Shown one piece after another: positions 6,736 through 15,129 of a stretch of DNA of 17,853 bases (position 1 is its first letter; each line of letters starts with the position of its first letter). Location: positions 1-17,853 of the forward strand of contig CAVSZB010000009.1 in NCBI GenBank assembly GCA_963732385.1, given 5' to 3'. The notes under the pieces are model-generated. The model did not search any database. It was not told the DNA's origin and saw nothing but the letters and a program-made list of their open reading frames with translations. The stretch is from an uncultured bacterium (GTDB taxonomy: Bacteria > Krumholzibacteriota > Krumholzibacteriia > LZORAL124-64-63). A program made the position numbers and the translations under genes.

Positions 6736-7887
6736 ATGTTCGAGCAAGACGACGACGACGGCATCACCGGCGACACGCCCGACACCGGTGCGGAGGACTT
6801 CGCCCAGCTGCTGGCGAACGAGCGCAGCGAACCGGCGAAACCGGAGCCGCAACCAGGCGAAAAGGTCACCGGGACCATTGTCCAGATCGGAGACACGGAG
6901 GCGTTCGTCGATTGCGGCGGACGCGCCGAGCTGCCGATCGCGCTGCGCGAGCTGCAGAACAACAAGGGCGAATTTAACTTCGCCGTGGGGTCGACCATCA
7001 CCGCCTGGGTCCGGCTCGACGGCGAGAAGCAGTACCTGTCGATCTCCGGTCACGCGCGCGGGCGCGACACCGCGCCGATCGAGGAGGCCCACCGTTCCGG
7101 CATGCCGCTGTCGGGAATCGTCAGGGAGACGAACAAGGGCGGCTTCGTGATCGATCTCGGCGGGCACCGCGCATTCTGTCCCATCTCCCAGATCGACTCG
7201 CACTTCGTCGAGGATCCGCAGGTCTTCGTCGGCCAGACGCTGCAGTTCCGGGTCGTCGAATTCGGCGCCGGCGGACGCACCCTCGTCGTTTCGCGGCGCG
7301 CCATCCTGAGCGAGGAGATCGCGGCCCGGGCCGCCGAAACCCGCAGCACCCTCAAGACCGGCGACGTGCGCGAAGGCACGGTCTGCCGACTGATGACCTT
7401 CGGCGCCTTCGTCGACATCGGCGGCGTCGAAGGGCTGGTCCACGTTTCCGAGATCTCCCACGAACATGTCGAGTCGCCCATGGCCGTGCTGCACCCCGGC
7501 CAGACCGTTCAGGTGCAGGTGATCGGCATCCAGAATCTCGGCGAGGGGAAGGCGGAGCGCATCAGCCTGTCGATGAAGGCTCTCACCGGCGATCCGTGGC
7601 AGGACGCGGCGCGCGCGCTGCAACCGGGGACCAACGTCACCGGCACCGTCCGGCGGCTGGCGGACTTCGGCGCATTTGTCGAACTGCTGCCGGGCGTGCA
7701 GGGAATGGTGCACGTGTCGGAGCTTTCGCACGAACGCATCCGCCACCCGCGCGACGTGGTGCGCGAAGGCGAAGCGGTCACCGTGCGGATTCTCGAGTTC
7801 GATGCCGCCCGCAAGCGGATCTCGCTCTCTTTGAAGCAGGCCGGGGGCGATGGCGACGACGACGAGGCGGACGGACCGGAAGCGTGA
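6736..7887 (+). CDS. rpsA: 30S ribosomal protein S1-like protein with four S1 domains
   Basis: 383 aa with four S1/OB repeats (GEKVTGTIVQI..., NKGGFVIDLGGHRAFCPISQID, FGAFVDIGGVEGLVHVSEIS, FGAFVELLPGVQGMVHVSELS...RISLSLK), acidic termini and a GAAAGGGA RBS. Confidence 0.85.
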   Translation: MFEQDDDDGITGDTPDTGAEDFAQLLANERSEPAKPEPQPGEKVTGTIVQIGDTEAFVDCGGRAELPIALRELQNNKGEFNFAVGSTITAWVRLDGEKQYLSISGHARGRDTAPIEEAHRSGMPLSGIVRETNKGGFVIDLGGHRAFCPISQIDSHFVEDPQVFVGQTLQFRVVEFGAGGRTLVVSRRAILSEEIAARAAETRSTLKTGDVREGTVCRLMTFGAFVDIGGVEGLVHVSEISHEHVESPMAVLHPGQTVQVQVIGIQNLGEGKAERISLSMKALTGDPWQDAARALQPGTNVTGTVRRLADFGAFVELLPGVQGMVHVSELSHERIRHPRDVVREGEAVTVRILEFDAARKRISLSLKQAGGDGDDDEADGPEA

Positions 7888-7897
7888 CGGCCCGGTC

Positions 7898-9085
7898 TCA
7901 GCCCCCAGGAGAGCCGGTCGGACCGGCCTGCCTCCACTCCTGGCGCAGCCGGGCGACCGCATCCACGAGGGTCCGCGCCGCGTAGTCGACCTCTTGCGCG
8001 GTAGTGCCGCGGCCAAGCGCCATGCGCACGGTCGCCAGGGCGAGTTCGCGCGGCAGGCCCAGCGCCAGCAACACCGGCGACGGATCCCCTTCCCCGCTGG
8101 CGCAGGCCGCGCCGGACGACACGGCCAGGGTCGGCACGGCGGCCAGCAGACGGCGCGGCGGTATCCCCTCGAAACTGAGACTGAGGCTGCCGGGCAGCCG
8201 GCGCTCGGGATCGCCGTTGAGGCGCACCCCCGGCAGCCGCTCACGCACCCACGCCAAAAGCCGCGCCGCCAGCTCCCGCAACCGCTCTCCCTCCGCCCCC
8301 ATCTCGGCCCGCGCCAGGCGGCACGCCTCCCCCAGGGCCACGATCCCCGGCACGTTCAGGCTGCCGGCACGCAGGCCCCGCTCCTGACCACCCCCGGTCA
8401 GGAGGGGGGCGAGCGTGATCCTGGGCGCCCGCCGACGCACGTAGAGCGCCCCCACTCCCTGCGGCGCGTACAGCTTGTGTCCCGACAAAGAGAGCAGGTC
8501 GATATTGTCGGCATCCACGTCGAGCGGCACTTTGCCGACCGCCTGCGCCGCATCCGTGTGGAACACGACGCCGCGGGACCGGCACAGCGCGCCGATCTCA
8601 CGCACCGGCTGCACGGTGCCGAGCTCGTTCTGCGCCGCCATGATCGACACCAGCGCCGTGTCGGCGGCGAGCGACGCGGCGACGGCGGCAGGATCGACCA
8701 CCCCGTCGGATCCGGCCGGCACCACCGTGACACGCCAGCCGTGCGCCGCCAATTCCGCCAGCGGCTCCCGCACCGCTTCGTGCTCGAAGCCGCTCGTGAC
8801 AACGTGACCCGGCGCACCGGCCCGGGCGGCCGCGAATCCCTTGAGGGCCAGGTTGTTCGCCTCGGTCGCGCCGGAGGTGAAGACGATCTCGCGCGCGGTG
8901 GCGCCGATCATCAGGGCCACCTCCTCGCGCGCCGCCTCGACCAGACTCGCCGCGGCCCAGCCGTAGGCGTGGGTGGCGCTGGCGGGATTGCCGAAGTGGA
9001 CCTCGAGCGCCTCGCGCATCTTCGCAAGCACGCGCGGATCGGGCGGGGTGGAGGCGTGGTGGTCGAGGTAGACCGGCAGCCGCAT
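7898..9085 (-). CDS. iscS: Cysteine desulfurase, IscS/NifS (group I) type
   Basis: Motifs YLDHHASTP, FGNPAS, EIVFTSGATEANNLA, HTDAAQAVGK, SGHK (PLP lysine), GGGQERGLRAGS and catalytic loop SSGAACASG. Confidence 0.9.
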   Translation of the reverse strand: MRLPVYLDHHASTPPDPRVLAKMREALEVHFGNPASATHAYGWAAASLVEAAREEVALMIGATAREIVFTSGATEANNLALKGFAAARAGAPGHVVTSGFEHEAVREPLAELAAHGWRVTVVPAGSDGVVDPAAVAASLAADTALVSIMAAQNELGTVQPVREIGALCRSRGVVFHTDAAQAVGKVPLDVDADNIDLLSLSGHKLYAPQGVGALYVRRRAPRITLAPLLTGGGQERGLRAGSLNVPGIVALGEACRLARAEMGAEGERLRELAARLLAWVRERLPGVRLNGDPERRLPGSLSLSFEGIPPRRLLAAVPTLAVSSGAACASGEGDPSPVLLALGLPRELALATVRMALGRGTTAQEVDYAARTLVDAVARLRQEWRQAGPTGSPGG

Positions 9086-9149
9086 GGTCGTGGCGCCCTT
9101 CCCCCGCGGCGCGCCGGCCCGCGGCCGCGCGCGGTCGGGGCGGACCGGA

Positions 9150-10106
9150 TCAACTCAACGCGAGCATCCTGAGAATCGGCCGTTCGGCCTGCCGCCGCAG
9201 CTCCTCCGGAATGGTGATTTCCGGATTCCGGTCGCGCAGGCAGAGGTAGAGCTTCTCCAGGGTGTTCTTCTTCATGTGCGGACACTCGTTGCAGCTGCAC
9301 GATTCGTCCGCGCCGGGGGCGGGAATGAACTCCTTGCCGGGATTCTCCTTGCGCATCTGGTGGAGGATGCCGGCCTCCGTAACCACGATGACGCGCCGCG
9401 CCGCGGTCTCCTGCGCGAAGCGCAGGATGGCGGTCGTCGAACCGATGAAATCGGCGTGCTGCAGAACCCCCTCCGTGCACTCGGGATGGGCGACCACCGC
9501 CGCGTCGGGATGCCGCACCTTCAATTCCACCAGCTTCCTCTCGCTGAAGACCTCGTGGACTTCGCACGACCCCGGCCACAGCACGAGCGGCCGGCCGAGT
9601 TGCTTCGCCACCCACGCCCCGAGGTGACGGTCAGGCGCGAAGATGAGCGGCTCGTCGGCCGGAAATGACCCCGCGATCCGCACCGCGTTGGACGAGGTGC
9701 AGATCACGTCGCTGAGCGCCTTGGTGTGGGCCGAGCAGTTGATGTAGCTGATGACCCGGTGACCGGGGTGCCGCGCCACGAAGGCGGCAAAGGCGTCGGC
9801 CGGACAGCCATCCGCCAGGCTGCAGCCGGCCGTCAGGTCGGGCAGCAGGACCTGTCGGTCCGGATTGAGGATTTTGGCCGTCTCGGCCATGAAGTGGACC
9901 CCGGCGAAAACGATGACGTCGGCCCGGGTCGCCGCGGCCTGCTGGGCCAGCGCCAGGCTGTCGCCGATGAAGTCGGCCACGTCCTGGATGTCCGGCTCCT
10001 GGTAGTAGTGCGCCAGGATGACCGCGTTGAGGCGGCGCCGCAGATCGTCAATACCGGCGAACAGATCGAAACCTGGCTCCAGGACCGAGGTCACGGGAAC
10101 GGCCAT
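9150..10106 (-). CDS. nadA: Quinolinate synthase NadA
   Basis: Motifs [72 protein letters not shown] and [11 protein letters not shown] at 10106 has a GGGGAG RBS, giving 318 aa; the longer ORF-track start at 10256 is unlikely. Confidence 0.96.
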   Translation of the reverse strand: MAVPVTSVLEPGFDLFAGIDDLRRRLNAVILAHYYQEPDIQDVADFIGDSLALAQQAAATRADVIVFAGVHFMAETAKILNPDRQVLLPDLTAGCSLADGCPADAFAAFVARHPGHRVISYINCSAHTKALSDVICTSSNAVRIAGSFPADEPLIFAPDRHLGAWVAKQLGRPLVLWPGSCEVHEVFSERKLVELKVRHPDAAVVAHPECTEGVLQHADFIGSTTAILRFAQETAARRVIVVTEAGILHQMRKENPGKEFIPAPGADESCSCNECPHMKKNTLEKLYLCLRDRNPEITIPEELRRQAERPILRMLALS

Positions 10107-10228
10107 GATGACTCCCCGCGCAGCGGACGCCGGGCCCCGGGCGGGGGGCCTGTGATCGTTCCCAATTTCGCCCCGGGAGGCTGTGGCGGCAAGCTCCGCT
10201 TCCGGTCCGCCCCCCCCCCAGCCAAGGG

Positions 10229-10257
10229 TGGACTTTCCCCGCGCCCGGTCATACATT
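10229..10257 (+). promoter_or_regulatory. Putative sigma70 promoter for the beta-propeller lipoprotein gene
   Basis: TGGACT (10229-10234), 17 bp spacer, then TACATT (10252-10257) in the only AT-rich patch of the intergenic region. Confidence 0.45.
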
Positions 10258-10395
10258 TATCAGTCGGATGGTCGCCCCGGACGGGCGGCTGCCGCAGCCC
10301 GGGGCCGGCCGGCCGGCGCCGGGGTGGAAGTGGAATGGAAACCCCCACGCCTTCCCCGAAGGGTTCTGGCAGACATGCACGAGGGAGAATTGGCC

Positions 10396-11487
10396 ATGAC
10401 CGGTCGCCATCCCGGCCGCCAGGGGCGGCTGCTCGCCCGCGGCGCCGCCCTCCTGACGGGCCTTCTGCTGCTCGGCCTGGCCGGCTGCGGCGAGAAGATC
10501 AAGTCCTTCACCTACGACCCGCCGCCGGAGACGACCAGCCAGCCCTGGCTGCTCGACATCTGGGGCAGCGGGCCGGACGATATCTACATCGTCGGCCGAC
10601 CCGGCGTCCTGCTCCACTGGGACGGGACGGAGTGGGCTCTGCAGCCCCTCGGCACCAGTGAAACCCTCACCGCCGTGTGGGGTACCGGACCGGCGGACGT
10701 CTTTGTGGTCGGCCACAAGGGGCTCGTGTACCACTTCAACGGCTCCGGCTGGTCGCAGATGGGCAGCGGCACGAGCCGCAACCTCTATTCCGTTGGCCGC
10801 GGCCCCGGCAATGCGATCTACATCTGCGGCGAAAGGGCGGTCCTGTTCCGTCTCGACGGCGGAAACTGGGTGGCCACGCCCGACACGGCCATGCTCTACA
10901 ACGCGGCCGGCACCGCCACTGAAGACACGCTCCTGCGCAGCCGCTTCCAGATCGTGGCGCTCACCTCCGTGACGCCCTACGCCATCAGCGGCAGCGACGG
11001 CGTGGCTCTGATGATCGATACCAAGCCCACCCGCTGGCGCCGCGGCCACATCGACAGCCGCGACTGGATCAACACCGGCTGGGGCGGCGCGAACATCCCG
11101 GACAACTGGCTGATCAGCGACACCGGCAGGCTGTACCGTCTGCAACCGGAGCTGTCGTGGCTCGAGGTGGGCAGCCCCTCCACCATCGCCGTGGACGACA
11201 TGTGGGGCACGCCCGACGCGTTGACCTACTACTTTGTGACCCGCGACGGGGACATCGTGCGGCGCAGCGCGGACGGCACGAGCACCACGCTCGTCTACGA
11301 CGGCGGCTTCTGGCTCTCGGGCATCTGGGGCAGCGCTGCCGATGACATCTACGCCGTCGGATACGACGGCGTGCTGGTGCACTGGGACGGCAGCGCCTGG
11401 TCGACCCTCACCGTGCCGCTGCCGGCGGCTAAGACGCTTCCGGTCGACGCCGTCGAGACCGACAGGTTTGGCCGGCCGCTGCTTTGA
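10396..11487 (+). CDS. Lipoprotein with Trp-rich repeats, predicted 7-bladed beta-propeller, function unknown
   Basis: GAGGGAG RBS, ATG at 10396 and lipobox LAG-C. About seven repeats of type L-x-x-I-W-G-S-x-x-D-D-I-Y-x-V-G-x-x-G-x-L-x-H-W-D-G-x-x-W. Confidence 0.75.
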   Translation: MTGRHPGRQGRLLARGAALLTGLLLLGLAGCGEKIKSFTYDPPPETTSQPWLLDIWGSGPDDIYIVGRPGVLLHWDGTEWALQPLGTSETLTAVWGTGPADVFVVGHKGLVYHFNGSGWSQMGSGTSRNLYSVGRGPGNAIYICGERAVLFRLDGGNWVATPDTAMLYNAAGTATEDTLLRSRFQIVALTSVTPYAISGSDGVALMIDTKPTRWRRGHIDSRDWINTGWGGANIPDNWLISDTGRLYRLQPELSWLEVGSPSTIAVDDMWGTPDALTYYFVTRDGDIVRRSADGTSTTLVYDGGFWLSGIWGSAADDIYAVGYDGVLVHWDGSAWSTLTVPLPAAKTLPVDAVETDRFGRPLL

Positions 11488-11524
11488 GCTCGTCGCCCCG
11501 CGCCGAGCGATCGCAATTTCTCCT

Positions 11525-11556
11525 GACCCGGCCCCCTTCAGGGCCGGGTCTGTTTT
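11525..11556 (+). terminator. Intrinsic terminator
   Basis: 10-bp stem GACCCGGCCC-ccttca-GGGCCGGGTC followed by TGTTTT. Confidence 0.75.
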
Positions 11557-11590
11557 CGTTCACCCCAGAGTCCGGTTCGGGAGGTCCCGC

Positions 11591-13561
11591 ATGAACTGTT
11601 CTCGACACCTCAGCCGTGTATTCGCCGGTCTGACACTCGCCCTGGGCATTTTGGCCGCCGGCGCCGGCATGGCCTACGATCCCGATCCCTCGGCTCCCCG
11701 CGCCTCCGTGCCGGGCAGTTTCCAGTGGCAGCCGGGCCATCTCTTCCCCACCGTCGAGGCGTGGGAGCAGGAGTTCGCGGCGACGAGCGCCGAACTGCCC
11801 TCCCTCGATCAGTGGCGCGGCAAACTGGGCGAATCCCCCGAGGCGATCTACGACTGCCTCGAAACCCTCTACCGCCTGCGCGACCGTCTCTACACGCTCT
11901 ACCTGTACGCCGACAGCCGCTTCAACGGCGACCAGAGCGTCGATGAGAACAAGGTGCGGACCGGCCGCATCCAGATGCTGTTGCCCGCCTTCGGGCAGGC
12001 GATCTCCTACGTCGAGCCCGAACTGCTGACCATCGATCAGGGCGTGCTCGACGGCTTCCAGGCCCGGCACGCGGGCCTGGGCGGGACCTATCGCTTCTAC
12101 CTGCAGAATGTGCGCCGCCTCAAGGCCCACACGCTGTCGCCGGGCGAGGAAAAGATCCTCGCACTGACCGGCAACCTGGCCGAGGTGCCGGCCGCGATGC
12201 ACGAGGCGATGCTGAACCTCGACGTCGAGTTCCCCCAGCTGGTCGACGAACAGGGCCGCTCGGTCCCGCTCACCCTCACCGGATTCAGCCGCTACCGCTC
12301 CTCCCCCGTCTACAACGTGCGCCGGCAGGCGGCCGATTCGTTCTTCGCCACCCTCCGCCAGTACGAGAACACGCTGGCCACCTCGCTCGACGGCGCGGTC
12401 AAGGCCCACATCCTGAACAAGGAAGCGCGCGGTTACGCCTCCTGCCTCGAGGCGGCGCTGACCCCCGACGCCATCTCCCCCGCCGCCTACAACATGCTGG
12501 TGGAGACGATCGGCGCGAACCTCGGCCGCTCGCTGCACAAGTACATCGCGCTGCGCCGCAAGGTGCTCGACCTCGACGGCCCGGTCACGTTCGCGAACCT
12601 CTACAATCCGCTCGTGGATGAGGTGGAGGAGAACTACCCCTTCGTCCAGGCGCAGGAGATGATCGTGGCCGGCCTCAAACCGCTCGGCCCCGACTACCTC
12701 GCGCAGTTGCGCACCGGCCTCGACCCCGCCAACGGCTGGATCGACGTCTACCCGAACGAGGGCAAGCGAGGCGGCGCCTACAGCAACGGCAGCGCGCGCT
12801 CGGCGCACCCGTTCATCCTGCTCAACTACGACAACAGCCTCGACGCGGTATCGACCACGGCGCACGAACTCGGCCACGCCATGCACTCCGTCTACAGCAA
12901 CCGCAGTCAGCCGGCGGTCTACTCCGGCTACACCACCTTCCTGGCCGAGGTCGCCTCCACCTGCAACGAGGCGCTGCTGCTCGACTACATGCTCTCCCGC
13001 ACGACCGACATCCCGCAGCGGCTGAACCTGCTCAACCAGCGCCTCGAGAGCATCCGCCTCACCATCTTCCGCCAGACGCTGTTCGCCGATTTCGAGCAGC
13101 GCTTCCACGCGCACGCCGAGCAGGGCGAGCCGCTCACGGCCGCCTTCCTCGACGCGACGTACAGGGAACTGATCCAGAAATACTACGGCCCGGACTACGC
13201 GATGGGCGAGAACGATGAGGTGGAGTGGGCCTTCATCCCCCACTTCTATTACAACTACTACGTCTTCTCCTACGCGACCGGCCTCACGAGCGGCCTCTCG
13301 CTCGCCACGCAGATCACCGCCGGCGGCCAGCCCGCAGCCGACCGCTACATCAACGGTCTGCTCAAGCAGGGCGCCTCCGCCCCCCCCCTGACCCTGCTGC
13401 GCAACGCCGGCGTCGACCTCGAAACGCCGCGCCCCATCCTCGACATGCTCGACCTGTTCGAAAAGACCGTCGCCGAATTCGACCGCACCTGGACCCAGCT
13501 CCAGCAGCAGCGGGCGGCGGCGGGCAAACCGGGCAAGGGGGGCAAGGGCGGAAAGGCCTGA
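11591..13561 (+). CDS. pepF: Oligoendopeptidase F (peptidase family M3B) with N-terminal signal peptide
   Basis: GGAGG RBS and ATG at 11591. Motifs WIDVYPNEGKRGGAYS, HPFILLNY, zinc motif AHELGHAMHS, FLAEVASTCNE, TIFRQTLFADFE and EWAFIPHFYYNYYVFSYATG. Confidence 0.93.
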   Translation: MNCSRHLSRVFAGLTLALGILAAGAGMAYDPDPSAPRASVPGSFQWQPGHLFPTVEAWEQEFAATSAELPSLDQWRGKLGESPEAIYDCLETLYRLRDRLYTLYLYADSRFNGDQSVDENKVRTGRIQMLLPAFGQAISYVEPELLTIDQGVLDGFQARHAGLGGTYRFYLQNVRRLKAHTLSPGEEKILALTGNLAEVPAAMHEAMLNLDVEFPQLVDEQGRSVPLTLTGFSRYRSSPVYNVRRQAADSFFATLRQYENTLATSLDGAVKAHILNKEARGYASCLEAALTPDAISPAAYNMLVETIGANLGRSLHKYIALRRKVLDLDGPVTFANLYNPLVDEVEENYPFVQAQEMIVAGLKPLGPDYLAQLRTGLDPANGWIDVYPNEGKRGGAYSNGSARSAHPFILLNYDNSLDAVSTTAHELGHAMHSVYSNRSQPAVYSGYTTFLAEVASTCNEALLLDYMLSRTTDIPQRLNLLNQRLESIRLTIFRQTLFADFEQRFHAHAEQGEPLTAAFLDATYRELIQKYYGPDYAMGENDEVEWAFIPHFYYNYYVFSYATGLTSGLSLATQITAGGQPAADRYINGLLKQGASAPPLTLLRNAGVDLETPRPILDMLDLFEKTVAEFDRTWTQLQQQRAAAGKPGKGGKGGKA

Positions 13562-13584
13562 CCAGGCACGACCGTCGTGAAATC

Positions 13585-13618
13585 GGAAGGCCGCGGCCCC
13601 ACGGGATCGCGGCCTTCC
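13585..13618. terminator. Hairpin between convergent pepF and ATPase genes, probably a bidirectional terminator
   Basis: GGAAGGCCGCGG...TCGCGGCCTTCC inverted repeat between two converging stop codons. T-tails are weak. Confidence 0.55.
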
Positions 13619-13633
13619 CGCTTATGCCGTAGC

Positions 13634-14809
13634 TCAGGCCAGCGCTCCGTCCCAGAGCTGCGCGCAGAACAGTCGCCAGGGCAGGATCTCGATCCCGTCG
13701 TCGGTGGTGCGGGGTTCATCCGTGCGCGCGACGATGATCGCCCGACCGACCCGATGTTCCTCCTTCAGCGCCCTGAGCCCCCGGAAATCGGCGGCTCGGA
13801 CATGGCGGCCCGACTTGATTTCGATGGCCGCCTCGAGGTCGCCGACGATGAGGTCGACTTCGTAGCCCGAGTGGGTCCGCCAGAACGTCAGCGGACGGTC
13901 ATCTCGATGGTAGGCAAGGTACGCACGCACTTCATTCAGCAGAAAGTGTTCGAAGGCGCGGCCGTACAGATCCGAGCCCTCGACCACCACGGTCGCCTCC
14001 GGGTGCAGAGCGCGCGCGACGCCCACATCGAACAGGTAGTACTTCGCGGTCTCGACGAGACGGCGCCGTGAGCTTTTCCGCCACGGCTCCAGCGTGTATC
14101 CCAGCAGCGTGTCATCGAGGATCTGGAAGTAGTTGCGGACCGTGCTCGGCGAGACCCCCGTTTCGCGCGCGATATTCGCGTAGTTGAGCTGCTGGGCATG
14201 CATCAGCGCGACAACCTGGAGGAAGCGGGCGAAGGCGGGAACATTGCGCGTCGCCGATTCGCCGATGATCTCCTCGCGGATGTACGCGTTCACGTAGGCC
14301 TTCAGCCGGGGGGACGGCTCGTCAACCAGATAATGGACGGGCAGACCGCCGTGGTGGAGGTACCGGTCCAGATCGAGGTCGGGGATCTCGCGGCTCGTCA
14401 GCGGCAGCAGATGATGTTCGACCGCCCGTCCACCCAGCAGATTGCGGGCGCGCCGCCGCAGCGTGCGCGCGCTGGACCCGCACAGCAGGAAGCGCGTGGC
14501 GGTGTTTTCGAGCAGCCAGTGCACCTCTTCCAGCAGGGCCGGCACTTTCTGGATTTCATCCACCACGACGACCGGCGGTCGGGTAGCGAGGATCTGCTCC
14601 CGCAACAACTTCGGCGTAACGCTCAGCTCGGCGCTCAACGTGGTGTCCAGCAGGTCGTAGAAGCGGGCCGTAGGGAAGCGCTGGTGCAACAGCGTGGTCT
14701 TGCCTGACTGGCGAGGCCCCCACAGAAATGCCGCAGCCGAACCCGTGACGGGGTTGAGAGACCACGGCAAGACCAGCAATCTATGGAAGTTGACTGGCGG
14801 TTCGCTCAA
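13634..14809 (-). CDS. AAA+ ATPase (AAA_14) with C-terminal DUF4143/PD-(D/E)xK-like domain
   Basis: Walker A GPRQSGKTT, Walker B VVVDEIQK, LCGSS, LLGGRA, GGLP, KYYLFDVGV, GRAFEHFL and FWRTHSGYEVDLIV...IEIKSG. The start is uncertain: there is no ATG near the expected N-terminus (FHRLLVLP), so TTG 14809 was chosen. Confidence 0.85.
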   Translation of the reverse strand: MSEPPVNFHRLLVLPWSLNPVTGSAAAFLWGPRQSGKTTLLHQRFPTARFYDLLDTTLSAELSVTPKLLREQILATRPPVVVVDEIQKVPALLEEVHWLLENTATRFLLCGSSARTLRRRARNLLGGRAVEHHLLPLTSREIPDLDLDRYLHHGGLPVHYLVDEPSPRLKAYVNAYIREEIIGESATRNVPAFARFLQVVALMHAQQLNYANIARETGVSPSTVRNYFQILDDTLLGYTLEPWRKSSRRRLVETAKYYLFDVGVARALHPEATVVVEGSDLYGRAFEHFLLNEVRAYLAYHRDDRPLTFWRTHSGYEVDLIVGDLEAAIEIKSGRHVRAADFRGLRALKEEHRVGRAIIVARTDEPRTTDDGIEILPWRLFCAQLWDGALA

Positions 14810-15050
14810 GTGGTGATTATCGCGAAATACAGCAACATTGCCAACGATTTTCACAAGGCGTCGGGATGGATAATCGATCAACCAGCAGACTGAAGTTTCT
14901 GTACTTTAGGTATCCGAGTCGGTGATCTGAGGCGGAGGCATCACCCACGACGGCTCTCGCCCAAAAACCATCGCAAACGACACCCCCGCCCCACGAGCGC
15001 TATCCTGGCTAACGGCACGGAGGCGATCAATCGCATCGGCTGGAATCGGC

Positions 15051-15100
15051 TGGAAAACATGTGAATCCCGATGTAGAATGAGACGCATATCCAATTGGAT
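15051..15100 (+). promoter_or_regulatory. Putative promoter and operator of the XRE regulator gene
   Basis: TGGAAA (15051-15056), 17 bp spacer, TAGAAT (15074-15079), followed by the perfect palindrome ATCCAATTGGAT (15089-15100). Confidence 0.45.
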
Positions 15101-15129
15101 CCGCCGCAGTCATCAATCATCTGAAGGGT

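Noticed and set aside
11429..13243. 604-aa minus-strand ORF, and similar long shadows at 2875-4377, 4540-6150, 5312-6670, 6667-8244, 7850-9172, 10249-11382 and 15451-16491
   Set aside because: They overlap well-supported genes in other frames or strands and have Arg/Gly/Ala-rich or antisense-type composition with no recognisable domains.
14906..15094. 62-aa minus-strand ORF divergent from the XRE gene
   Set aside because: No RBS or recognisable motif, and it overlaps the putative XRE promoter, so it cannot be supported.
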